DNA of 19,287 nt, from the UHGV virus genome UHGV-0298370. One strand, written 5' to 3'. Below, piece after piece: positions 1 through 7,919 of the stretch. Below the pieces are notes generated by a model, which was not told the origin of the DNA, made no database searches, and worked only from the letters and a program-made list of their open reading frames with translations. The DNA is from a virus. Within the stretch, counting starts at the first letter, position 1, and the number at the start of each line of letters is the position of its first letter. The position numbers and the translations under genes were made by a program.

Positions 1-237
1 CAAAACAGAGAAGAGCATCACCGGACGACGGGCTCATAACCCAATCCATCCGGGCGGCTGCCACCGCAGGTGTTCTTCTCTGTTTTGTGGAGAAACTAAC
101 CGCCCCTACGGGGGCATTTATGGAAATGTAATTGACTCAATACTGGTTGAAAATACTTAGCTGTTATGTGCCTGTCTTTTCACCACTTCAGGCTCGGTGG
201 TATCCTTTTAAGCCCGTATACATAAAAGGAAAATCAA

Positions 238-525
238 ATGACTTTTGATGAAAAAGAACTTGATAATGCAATTAATAAAATCATCGTAACGTCGCTCTTT
301 TCCTGTCTCAGCGACACTCAGCAAAAACAGTTCTACGAATCGGCTTTCAACATGATCGAGCGTTGTTGTTTCTGCGATGCCGACGAGTTACCTGAAAAAA
401 TCAGGAAACAGTTGGCTGATGCTCTTCGAGTGCGACTTTACGCGGTGAATTTATTCGTGGCTGGGATGACGGACGTGGTGTGGATGCCGGGCGACAATTA
501 TTATCTTCACAGGGGGATGCAATAA
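238..525 (+). CDS. hypothetical protein (95 aa), unknown function
   Basis: ATG at 238 preceded by AAGGA about 8 nt upstream; AT-rich 5' part; 3' part (420-525) overlaps an alternative open frame (tail-fibre-like cassette), so extent is uncertain. No recognisable family. Confidence 0.3.
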   Translation: MTFDEKELDNAINKIIVTSLFSCLSDTQQKQFYESAFNMIERCCFCDADELPEKIRKQLADALRVRLYAVNLFVAGMTDVVWMPGDNYYLHRGMQ

Positions 526-746
526 GAAATATTGAGGGATTCGCAGATGGCGGGATCGGTATGTCTTTTGATGCAATCAGAGGGGCTTTTTACGATGCAG
601 GAACACGATCAGCGAGAATGCCGAATAACACAACTACTATAGACAAAACCGATGACCTTGGATTCGACGCCTCTCGTGTCGTGCCAACAGCTAATGAAAA
701 CCGTCCACGTAACATCGCCTTTAATTATATTGTGAGGGCTGCATAA
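480..746 (+). CDS. putative orphan tail-fibre C-terminal cassette (frame open from 420, no ATG; GTG at 480); possibly a remnant
   Basis: Frame is open 420-746 after a TGA at 417-419 and ends in TAA overlapping the ATG of the following tail fibre assembly gene (TAATG at 744-748), the arrangement expected for a fibre tip followed by its chaperone. Function inferred from context only. Confidence 0.3.
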   Translation: MDAGRQLLSSQGDAIRNIEGFADGGIGMSFDAIRGAFYDAGTRSARMPNNTTTIDKTDDLGFDASRVVPTANENRPRNIAFNYIVRAA

Positions 747-1339
747 TGAAACCTGTTTTTGATGAAAATGGGCTGGCTACAGTGCCGGGTGATATGCGTT
801 GTTTTTATTATGATGCTGAAACATCTGAGTATACGGGCTGGTCTGATGAATATATTAATACTGGCGTAAGTATGCCCGCCTGTTCAACTGGTATTGACCC
901 TGGCGAAAACATTCCGGGAAAAGTGGCTGTATTTACAGGTAAGGGATGGAGCCATGAAGAGGACCATCGCAATGAGACTGTTTACTCAATCGAAAATGGC
1001 GCAGCTGTTACAGTGGATTATATCGGTGCCATCAAAAACGGTTATGTCACGCTTTCACCGTTAACGCCATATGATAAATGGGATGGTGAGAAATGGGTGA
1101 CAGATACTGAGGCACAACACGGTGCCGCAGTAGAAGCGGCAGAAGCACAGCGCCAGTCACTGATTGATGCAGCAATGGCTTCCATCAGTCTGATTCAGCT
1201 GAAATTACAGGCCGGGCGGAAGCTGACGCAGGCAGAAACCACCCGGCTTAACGCCGTGCTTGATTACATTGACGCGGTGACGGCAACAGATACGAGCACC
1301 GCTCCGGATGTCATCTGGCCTGGACTGCCGGAGGCGTAG
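746..1339 (+). CDS. tail fibre assembly protein (Tfa family), second copy convergent with gpG
   Basis: 197 aa; C-terminus ...LDYIDAVTATDTSTAPDVIWPGLPEA matches the conserved Tfa C-terminal motif and parallels the gpG-like C-terminus ...LDYLDALELVDTSSAPDIEWP on the opposite strand; GAGGG SD upstream. Confidence 0.75.
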   Translation: MKPVFDENGLATVPGDMRCFYYDAETSEYTGWSDEYINTGVSMPACSTGIDPGENIPGKVAVFTGKGWSHEEDHRNETVYSIENGAAVTVDYIGAIKNGYVTLSPLTPYDKWDGEKWVTDTEAQHGAAVEAAEAQRQSLIDAAMASISLIQLKLQAGRKLTQAETTRLNAVLDYIDAVTATDTSTAPDVIWPGLPEA

Positions 1340-1745
1340 GCCATTCAATATCTGGAGCACTGGAGGTATCAACCAGTTCCAGTGCGTCCAGATAATCCAG
1401 CCACAAATTATATTGCGCCAGTTCCTCACCTTTCAGACGACCAATAGCCGCTTTACCAGGCCATTGCTTGGTATTCATATATTCGTTGGACTGATTAATC
1501 AATTGCTGTTTTTTCAATTCGGCTGCGGCAATCTGTTCCTCATGTGTTGGTGGTGGAATTTCAGACCATGCAGGAAAACCATTTTCCCCAGCGATACGGA
1601 TTTTTCCTTTCGGCGGTAATCCGGAAAACTCAATATACACCTGCTCATCAACTTCAACAGCATCATCTGGCCATGAATTTACATTGATGTAGTCATCCTT
1701 AAGCGCAGGATTCACAAAAATATTTAAAGATGGACTAAAAAACAC
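1311..1745 (-). CDS. G: tail fibre assembly protein gpG-like
   Basis: 144 aa, GTG start at 1745 one nt after the H stop with AGGAGG SD; conserved Tfa C-terminal motif; position immediately downstream of H as in P2. Confidence 0.8.
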   Translation of the reverse strand: MFFSPSLNIFVNPALKDDYINVNSWPDDAVEVDEQVYIEFSGLPPKGKIRIAGENGFPAWSEIPPPTHEEQIAAAELKKQQLINQSNEYMNTKQWPGKAAIGRLKGEELAQYNLWLDYLDALELVDTSSAPDIEWPTPPAVQAR

Positions 1746-1746
1746 A

Positions 1747-3144
1747 TCACCCTCCTATAGCAACATAACAGCCCGATACAGGATTTGCGGCAGTCGCTAC
1801 GCTGGAAAAACCACGAAAGCCGCTTTTTGTGATTGCGGAGGCAGATAGTATTCCGGCACCCGAAGGTGTATGCCCCACGTGGCTGGCAACCATCACGTAG
1901 CACGCCGACGGAAAAGCGAAAGGGAAATTGTTTAAATATCCCGCATCATCCCCCAGACTTCCCCCAAACTGCCCCACTCCCCACTGGATAATAAGTGGTC
2001 TCCGAACGCCAGAAATAATTAATGGAATTGCTACATACCCATTCACCAACATAGCGCCGGTTGTTGCGCCAGCCAGAGCCAATTCCCCCAAACCAAGGTA
2101 TGTGAGAAGACCAGCTACATCCTTTCCACTCAAATTGGTAAGCGTATTGTCCAGCGGTTGTTTACCTGCCAGCGCATTAAGCATTGTCGTGGCAAAGTTC
2201 GGATCATTCCCCAGTGCCGCCGCCAGTTCGTTCAGTGTATCCAGTGCAGCAGGTGCAGAACCCACCATTCCTGCAATCGCCGATTTCACAAAAGCCGTAG
2301 TGGCAATCTGTGTATTGTTGACCGACTGCGCCGCCGTGGGGGCTGTTGGCGTTCCGGTGAGTGCCGGACTCGACAACGGTGCTTTTAGTGCCAGCGCATT
2401 GTTAATGGTGGTACTGAAATTCGGATCATTGTTAATGGCTGAGGCTATTTCTTTCAGCGTGTCCAGCGTGGCTGGCGCACCATTAATAAGGGCCGTCAGT
2501 GCCGCCTGTACAAACGCAGTGGTCGCAACCTGCGTGGTATTATTCCCCGCCGCTGGCGTTGGCGCTTTGGGGGTTCCGGTAAATGTCGGGCTGGCTTTTG
2601 GCGCGTACTGTGAATGCGGGTCCGGTGCGGCAAGATGTTTTGCCATCTGATCATCCGCGTACACCTTCAGCTCCAGTGCCTTGTCATCCACATACTTGCG
2701 GGTTGCCAGCACTACAGCAGGGTCGATTTTCAGGGTGATATTGTCCGTACTGCTGGTAATCAGCACCATGCGCACGGTCTGAGTGCGCCCGCTACCTTCA
2801 GCCAGTTGCGGCTTATAGCTTTCCGGGCAGTTGCCCACGGCAATCAATGCCCCGGACTCATCAAACAAGCCCACTTCACGTATCCACCAACCGCCCTCGT
2901 TTTCAGGGATCACCTGTTCGGCAATAATCTGGCTGCTGTTCTGCGGGTCGATATAAAGCATATTCAGCGCAGCCCGGCGTTTCTCATTTACCAGTGCCGT
3001 CTGCTTTGCGTCCGGCGTTGGCAATACTCCACCGCCATCGCCCACCGCCATATGGGTAATTTTTAGCGGCACACCGAGCGCGGCGGCGCTGGCAAGTTTC
3101 GCCGCGCCAATATCCGTCAGCAGGGTATAAAATTTTGTGCTCAT
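1747..3144 (-). CDS. H: tail fibre protein gpH
   Basis: 465 aa; N-terminus MSTKFYTLLTDIGAAKLA...MAVGDGGG...AVGNCPESYKPQLAEGSGR closely resembles P2 gpH N-terminal constant region; internal ATTAFV/NDPNF repeats typical of the family; ATG start, ATGA overlap with gpI. Confidence 0.9.
   Translation of the reverse strand: MSTKFYTLLTDIGAAKLASAAALGVPLKITHMAVGDGGGVLPTPDAKQTALVNEKRRAALNMLYIDPQNSSQIIAEQVIPENEGGWWIREVGLFDESGALIAVGNCPESYKPQLAEGSGRTQTVRMVLITSSTDNITLKIDPAVVLATRKYVDDKALELKVYADDQMAKHLAAPDPHSQYAPKASPTFTGTPKAPTPAAGNNTTQVATTAFVQAALTALINGAPATLDTLKEIASAINNDPNFSTTINNALALKAPLSSPALTGTPTAPTAAQSVNNTQIATTAFVKSAIAGMVGSAPAALDTLNELAAALGNDPNFATTMLNALAGKQPLDNTLTNLSGKDVAGLLTYLGLGELALAGATTGAMLVNGYVAIPLIISGVRRPLIIQWGVGQFGGSLGDDAGYLNNFPFAFPSACYVMVASHVGHTPSGAGILSASAITKSGFRGFSSVATAANPVSGCYVAIGG
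2152..2589. repeat. internal tandem duplication inside H (two ~73-codon units)
   Basis: Protein residues ~186-257 and ~258-331 repeat the pattern TGTP.APT.AA..NNTQ.ATTAFV....APA.LDTL.E.A.A..NDPNF.TT..NALA.K.PL; visible as repeated DNA blocks. Confidence 0.6.
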
Positions 3145-3746
3145 GGATTCACTCTCATTGTGTCAATAACATGGACCGCCCCGCCTTCATGCGCGGTGCC
3201 ACCGGAAATAATCGTTTCGTTGATATACGGATAGATCGTGATTTCTTCGCCAAGATAGCTGGCGGCTCCCACCCAATGCGGGCCGCTGGTCTGCAGATTG
3301 ATGGACATGCCGATCATGTGGCGGCTACATGGTTTGGCATCGCTTATCAGTCGCTCAAGTTCCAGATAGGTATCTTCAGTGATGCCCTGGTCCTGCACGC
3401 CGATATCCAGGCGAAACGTGCCCGGTGTTTCTCCGGTCTGCCACCACTCAATAATGCGGATCAGGAATCCGAACGGTTCCACCACCCGCCGCACGGCACT
3501 GGTGGTTCCTTTATGCTGATGAATATAAAAAGCATCCTTCACTACCTGGCGTTTGACGCTTTCTGTCCAGCCCTCGTCCCAGCGATCCACAGAGAACGCC
3601 CAGGCGAGATAAGGCAGGAAGCTGACCGGACAGGTAGCCGGATTCCACAAGTCACGCAGCGGCACCTGCAAATCAGAAATCCCGCTACAGGTTTGCGCAA
3701 GTCGGCGCTCCAGTGAAGTTGAACCCAGTGGCAGCAGACTATTCAT
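3141..3746 (-). CDS. I: baseplate assembly protein gpI
   Basis: 201 aa; ...LWNPATCP..LPYLAWAFSVDRWDE.W....KR.V..DA...H.HKGT..A.RRVVEP.G....I.EWW....PGTFRLDIGV...GITE..Y.E.ERLI.DAKP.SRH.IG closely matches P2 gpI; ATG start. Confidence 0.9.
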   Translation of the reverse strand: MNSLLPLGSTSLERRLAQTCSGISDLQVPLRDLWNPATCPVSFLPYLAWAFSVDRWDEGWTESVKRQVVKDAFYIHQHKGTTSAVRRVVEPFGFLIRIIEWWQTGETPGTFRLDIGVQDQGITEDTYLELERLISDAKPCSRHMIGMSINLQTSGPHWVGAASYLGEEITIYPYINETIISGGTAHEGGAVHVIDTMRVNP

Positions 3747-4647
3747 CCGTTCCTCCGTTGGTTACGCTCCACTGCGTACATGATGCCGCCTGTGTTTTGT
3801 TCAGGACCACATCCGCCAGCGGAGAAGCCAGTTCCACACGTTGAACACCCTCAACATGCAGAGCAGCAAAGATGGCGCTACGGCGAATATCCCGACCAAG
3901 CCTCGTCTGGCTGGCAATGTACTTCTGCAGACTGGCTTTTGCCGCTGCCATTACCGGCTCTGCTTCCGGTCCCGGATAGAGAAAAATGGTGGCTTCCACG
4001 CGATACGGGATGATTTCTGCACTGCGAACCGTAAGACGGTCAGCCACCGGGCGGACGTTCTCACTGTTCAGGGCTTTTTCCACCACGTCCAGCAGGTCTT
4101 TTTCTGCAGTTCCATCGCCTTCGCGGCTCAGGACAGTCAGCACCACCTCTGCAGGTGCCGGGCTGGTTGCACTGGCATCCGCCACCCGACCGTCGGCGCT
4201 TCGGGCATGAAATTCATAAGCTGCAGTTGGCCCCGCAACTGAAAGCCCCTCAAAGGCTGCAGGCACACGCAGGCGTAACGCTTCATCGCTTTCCATCACT
4301 GCTGCCACGGGCGGCACAGCGTCATTATCAGCAGGCGTCACCGTCAGGCGTTTCACGTTGTAGTTGGCAGCGATCTGGTCAAGATCGCCGCCCATCGCGT
4401 AAGCCACCATTACCGCCTGCGCGGCTTCATTAATGCGCTGGCGCAGAAGCAACTCACGGTAAGCGTTCTCCTGCAACAATTTGGTGACGGGTTCAGATTC
4501 CAGTTCCAGCGTGCGGATCACTGCTTCCTGCTCATCTTTCGGATGAAGCGCCACAAATTCTGCCTTGCGTTCGGCAAGCAGCGTCTCAAAGTCCGGCACA
4601 TCCACAATCTGCGGTGCAGGCAACTGCGAAAGGTCAATCACTGCCAT
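3739..4647 (-). CDS. J: baseplate assembly protein gpJ
   Basis: Start chosen at ATG (MAVIDLSQLPAPQIVDV...) with AGGAG SD 7 nt upstream, rather than the upstream in-frame codon of the ORF track; strong similarity to P2 gpJ throughout (…GRDIRRSAIFAALHVEGVQRVELASPLADVVLN…). Confidence 0.9.
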   Translation of the reverse strand: MAVIDLSQLPAPQIVDVPDFETLLAERKAEFVALHPKDEQEAVIRTLELESEPVTKLLQENAYRELLLRQRINEAAQAVMVAYAMGGDLDQIAANYNVKRLTVTPADNDAVPPVAAVMESDEALRLRVPAAFEGLSVAGPTAAYEFHARSADGRVADASATSPAPAEVVLTVLSREGDGTAEKDLLDVVEKALNSENVRPVADRLTVRSAEIIPYRVEATIFLYPGPEAEPVMAAAKASLQKYIASQTRLGRDIRRSAIFAALHVEGVQRVELASPLADVVLNKTQAASCTQWSVTNGGTDE

Positions 4648-4993
4648 TCTCTGCTCCTGTTGATACTGAAAGGGACACAGGCACACCGTTATTCCGCCGT
4701 CCGGTCAGCTCCACCACCATTGAACCGTCAAAATTGCTGTTAATAGTGATGGAATCCAGCGTCAGCCGTGGCTCCCAGCGACTCAGTGCAACATACACAG
4801 CCGACATGACCTGCAGGCGTAATGCCGGATTTTGTGGCTGATCTATCAGTGCAGACAGCAGGGAACCATATTCCCGGCGGGCAATACGGCTACCCTGCGG
4901 TGTCAGCAGAATGTCCCGCACCGACTGGCGCAGATGATCAATATCAGTAATGACTTTGCCGCTGGTATTGTTCATCCCGCTATAAAGCGTCAT
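4634..4993 (-). CDS. W: baseplate protein gpW (gp25-like)
   Basis: 119 aa; MTLYSGMN...ITDIDHLRQSVRDILLTPQGSRIARREYGSLL..LIDQPQNPALRLQ resembles P2 gpW; ATG start, overlaps J start. Confidence 0.9.
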   Translation of the reverse strand: MTLYSGMNNTSGKVITDIDHLRQSVRDILLTPQGSRIARREYGSLLSALIDQPQNPALRLQVMSAVYVALSRWEPRLTLDSITINSNFDGSMVVELTGRRNNGVPVSLSVSTGAENGSD

Positions 4994-5568
4994 ACCGGGC
5001 CTCCGGTTGTATCGCCGCCTTTCAGGACGCCAGTATGCTGATGCGCATCAACCACGATCCCGTTAGAACTCATCGCTCCGCCGCCCTGGGTAACGCCACC
5101 ATTGATCACCACTTCGCTGTTAATGCGCGTGCGGTCAGCCTCCAGTACAAACTCACTGGTTTTCATGGTGATGTTGTCAGCAGCCTCAATGACCATTGAT
5201 TTGATGCCCCTGACATACCAGCGCCCGGTGGCGGGTTCGTATTCAAACCAGCCACCGTCAGGATGTTCTGTCACGCAGGCATCCGCCGACGTCGACGGTG
5301 GTGCGAACTGATTCGAATAGACAGCGGGCAGCGCAAAGGCGGTTTCCAGATTGCCGCCCAGACTCAGCAGCACCACCTGCTCACCTTCCGATGGTCGCCA
5401 CCATGTACGGGCATTCCCGGCACGCAGCGTCAGCCAGCTGATCCAGTTGGTTTCAAGCTCGCCCGTTTTCACCCGGCAAAGCCAGTTTTCCCTGTCCACT
5501 TCGGTGACTACCCCTGTGCGGATCAGGTTGGTGATAAGGCGCATGATTTCGGTTAATTGTGCGTTCAT
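4990..5568 (-). CDS. V: baseplate spike/assembly protein gpV
   Basis: 192 aa; ...WLTLRAGNARTWWRPSEGEQVVLLSLGGNLETAFALPAVYS...GGAMSSNGIVVDAHQHTGV matches P2 gpV; ATG start; ATGA overlap with W. Confidence 0.9.
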   Translation of the reverse strand: MNAQLTEIMRLITNLIRTGVVTEVDRENWLCRVKTGELETNWISWLTLRAGNARTWWRPSEGEQVVLLSLGGNLETAFALPAVYSNQFAPPSTSADACVTEHPDGGWFEYEPATGRWYVRGIKSMVIEAADNITMKTSEFVLEADRTRINSEVVINGGVTQGGGAMSSNGIVVDAHQHTGVLKGGDTTGGPV

Positions 5569-5614
5569 AGGGAAAGGTTGCCATCAGGGGAAGAAAGGCG
5601 GCAGTGCTGCAACT

Positions 5615-5632
5615 TGTATCAGTGCTGATACA
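5615..5632. promoter_or_regulatory. Ogr/Delta-type late promoter activator box (TGT-N12-ACA), likely P_V
   Basis: Perfect palindromic TGTATCAGTGCTGATACA in the 68-bp S-V intergenic gap; P2-family late promoters carry TGT-N12-ACA upstream of the start site. Box centre is ~55 bp upstream of the V ATG. Confidence 0.55.
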
Positions 5633-5636
5633 AAGA

Positions 5637-6083
5637 TCACCCCGCCAGCCATTGCAGAATCATGTCGCGGGTCATTGCCTCAACATCATCATTTACACCC
5701 AGAAGGCGACGCTCTGCGTAACGCACCTCCGGTCCCTTACGACTGACGCGATCTCGCAGGCCGTAATGGTGAACGCGGGCAATGCGCTGCACCTTGCCTT
5801 CAAACTGCACGCTGGCAGAGTCGGTGCTGGCGGCAGTTTTCAGGTATTTTGTGGTGCGCAGCTTTGCAAACATCTGACGTTTGATACGGCCTTTTTTACT
5901 GCGTGCTGTTACCCGTCGCGGTTCATAGCTGCTGCCGTCAGGGTTGCGCTGCATCCTGATATTCTGCTGCTGTGTCCGGCGAAGTTCCTGCGCCAGCTGG
6001 CGCATCATGCGGCTTCTCGAGGCTGGTTCCAGATTCGCCAGCAAGGCACTCAGCCAGTCGTCCACCTTCTGCAGTTCAGCCAC
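5637..6083 (-). CDS. S: tail completion protein gpS
   Basis: 148 aa, GTG start overlapping R stop; ...QQNPDGSSYEPR...KKGRIKRQMFAKLRT.K.....AS.DSA...F.G.VQRIARVHHYGLRDRVS..GPEVRYAER.LLG resembles P2 gpS. Confidence 0.85.
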   Translation of the reverse strand: MAELQKVDDWLSALLANLEPASRSRMMRQLAQELRRTQQQNIRMQRNPDGSSYEPRRVTARSKKGRIKRQMFAKLRTTKYLKTAASTDSASVQFEGKVQRIARVHHYGLRDRVSRKGPEVRYAERRLLGVNDDVEAMTRDMILQWLAG

Positions 6084-6507
6084 GTTTCACCGTCCACATT
6101 TCTTCAGGTGCATCAGGTTCCGCTATAGCTTCAACGCTCGACACACTGCCGTCAGTGCTGACCAGCACACGTTCCGTCAGTTGCAGGTTCAGGCTGATAT
6201 CACAGACATCGTTGCGCAGAATATCCACCTCAAAGGTGAATAGCTTTTCCCGTAACGCCGGGTTATTGATGGCATCGGGCTGGTTATCCCTCAGCCACAG
6301 CAAAACCGGGGCCATCAGCAGATTCTGGTCGCCGCTGAAATCCTCAATCACCACGTTGAGGGTATAATGGTACTCCCATGACATGGAGCTGGCCCCCGTG
6401 GCAACCAGCGAACCGTTATCCACAAACAGATGCAGTTTGTCCGGGTTATTGCGGACATAAGGCACCGCTTTATTGAGGGCGTGGCGCAGGGATTGTGGTT
6501 TGTTCAC
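6076..6507 (-). CDS. R: tail completion protein gpR
   Basis: Start set at GTG (VNKPQSLRHALNKAV...) with AGGAG SD ~8 nt upstream, rather than the upstream TTG of the ORF track; P2 gpR-like (…NPDKLHLFVDNGS…). Confidence 0.8.
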   Translation of the reverse strand: MNKPQSLRHALNKAVPYVRNNPDKLHLFVDNGSLVATGASSMSWEYHYTLNVVIEDFSGDQNLLMAPVLLWLRDNQPDAINNPALREKLFTFEVDILRNDVCDISLNLQLTERVLVSTDGSVSSVEAIAEPDAPEEMWTVKRG

Positions 6508-6760
6508 TGTTTCGCTCCTGACACGCAATAATCATGTCCACTTTGTCTGCACAGACCGCCCAGGCGGCCTCCGTTTCATCCAGCAACGCATTCAGATCAC
6601 CGTTAGTGCGCGGTGCTGCCTGCTCCAGCCGACACGGCGTCACTCGCGGACAACCACTGACGGTAAGCTGCACCTCCGGTGAGTGCCGGACGTTCCCGCA
6701 GCCGGATAATGTCAGCAGGCAAAGGAGTATCAGCCCAGTGGCGTAAATCCTCGTTCTCAC
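6470..6760 (-). CDS. lysC: LysC, Rz1-like outer-membrane lipoprotein spanin
   Basis: GTG start with GAGGA SD; N-terminal signal plus lipobox LLTLSGC; begins inside lysB in a different frame and extends past it into the start of R, as lysC does in P2. Confidence 0.7.
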   Translation of the reverse strand: MRTRIYATGLILLCLLTLSGCGNVRHSPEVQLTVSGCPRVTPCRLEQAAPRTNGDLNALLDETEAAWAVCADKVDMIIACQERNSEQTTIPAPRPQ

Positions 6761-7031
6761 GTTTCAGTTCCTCGATCCGGCGTTGTCGTTGTCTCAGCTG
6801 TGCGCTGGTCTGTTCTGCTTCGGCATAGAGCCGCGCCTGCTCCCGGTTATTGGTTTCAGTCAGAATGGACAGGCTGATAAGCTGGCTGTTGCTCTTTGCC
6901 AGTGCCTGGCTTTTGCTCTGCAGCTCGTTTGCCTGCGTGCTGATGGTCTGGCTGGCATCAGCCAGCCGCCACGTCTGCCAGCCCAGCGCCGCCAGTAATA
7001 ACGCCAGCACAACCAGCAGCAACCGGTTCAT
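6603..7031 (-). CDS. lysB: LysB, Rz-like inner-membrane spanin
   Basis: 142 aa; N-terminal TMD (LLLVVLALLLAALGW) followed by long charged coiled-coil-like region; ATG start overlapping lysA stop (ATGA). Confidence 0.8.
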   Translation of the reverse strand: MNRLLLVVLALLLAALGWQTWRLADASQTISTQANELQSKSQALAKSNSQLISLSILTETNNREQARLYAEAEQTSAQLRQRQRRIEELKRENEDLRHWADTPLPADIIRLRERPALTGGAAYRQWLSASDAVSAGAGSTAH

Positions 7032-7405
7032 GCTGCTACCTGTTGCGCCATCTGATTACGGGTGATCCAGAAGGCAATAACGGTCAGTAGATAAAAGACC
7101 AGGGTAATAGCCCACCCCGTCCATGCGAGACTTACAACAATCAGCAATCGCATCACCCAACAGATAAATACGTTTTCTTTTCGGGTAATTGTCTTCAGCA
7201 AAGATGCCCTTAACTCCTGCCAGAGCGGGCCATTCTGAATTAACGCAGCCAGTGCTACCGGAATTACCGCCCATGTCAGCAAACAGGCTACCCAAACGCC
7301 GGACGCTGCCAGTACCGGAAAGATCCCCTGCGGATACACCATTGCTGCGATTAACAGCGCCATCCATAACATCAGAAACAGCCCGCTGATTAATTTCTTT
7401 TTCAT
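7028..7405 (-). CDS. lysA: LysA, lysis-timing membrane protein
   Basis: Start set at ATG (MKKKLISGLFLMLW...) with GGGAG SD; multi-TMD small protein in the P2 lysA position between K and lysB. Confidence 0.7.
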   Translation of the reverse strand: MKKKLISGLFLMLWMALLIAAMVYPQGIFPVLAASGVWVACLLTWAVIPVALAALIQNGPLWQELRASLLKTITRKENVFICWVMRLLIVVSLAWTGWAITLVFYLLTVIAFWITRNQMAQQVAA

Positions 7406-7406
7406 T

Positions 7407-7919
7407 TCAGTTTGCTCCCTGTAAACACCAGGCCATCTCCCGCGCACGGCGGTTATCCAGCCCCTGATTAAACACACCTTTTACATAAACCCAGCGCGGC
7501 AACTGTCGGCACGCATCCGCCCAGCGCCGCTGATTGAGCAATTTCACCAGCGTGGAACTACAGGCATTGCCCGTCCCCACGTTGAAGGCAAACGACACCG
7601 TAGCGTCATACACCTTCTGTGGTGGCTGTTGCTTCACACACCTTTCCAGTGCCCGCTCCACACGCAGCACGTTGGAGATCAGCCCTTCTGCTGCCTGTCG
7701 TTCCGTGATTGTTTTGCCGGGAATGACGCCCGATGTATTACCAATGCCGTCGGTCCAGACACCCGCGCTGCACTGATACGGCTGCAGACGACAGCCTTCG
7801 TAATCGGCAATCAGTTTCAGCCCCTCCACGGAGGTGTGAAGCTGCTGAAAACCCGGCAGCGTGGCAGCAATAGCCAGCACGGCCCCGACAAGGCAGCGTT
7901 TAACGATTGATGGATTCAT
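7407..7919 (-). CDS. K: endolysin gpK, P1 Lyz-type SAR lysozyme
   Basis: 170 aa; catalytic region ...DYEGCRLQPYQCSAGVWTDGIGNT... (Glu-8aa-Asp-5aa-Thr lysozyme triad pattern); N-terminal weakly hydrophobic Gly/Ala-rich segment RCLVGAVLAIAATLPGF with Cys9, plus Cys43 and Cys50 flanking the catalytic Glu41, the pattern of signal-anchor-release endolysins such as P1 Lyz. Confidence 0.9.
   Translation of the reverse strand: MNPSIVKRCLVGAVLAIAATLPGFQQLHTSVEGLKLIADYEGCRLQPYQCSAGVWTDGIGNTSGVIPGKTITERQAAEGLISNVLRVERALERCVKQQPPQKVYDATVSFAFNVGTGNACSSTLVKLLNQRRWADACRQLPRWVYVKGVFNQGLDNRRAREMAWCLQGAN

Noticed and set aside
120-170. Possible sigma-70 promoter (TTGACT at 133-138) upstream of ORF 238-525
   Set aside because: No convincing -10 hexamer at 16-18 bp spacing; too weak to call from sequence alone.
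1-480. Search for a serine DNA invertase (Hin/Gin/Pin-like) and Din-type crossover sites next to the convergent Tfa genes
   Set aside because: No ~190-aa invertase-like ORF and no AAACC..GGTTT-type 26-bp site pair could be found in the available sequence; an active invertible segment cannot be claimed from this window.
1928-2650. 240-aa plus-strand ORF antisense to tail fibre H (and similar long antisense ORFs such as 12082-13161 inside P, 5604-6128, 2614-3066, 10686-11141)
   Set aside because: These lie entirely opposite well-supported phage genes in GC-rich DNA, have no SD or family resemblance, and are typical shadow ORFs.
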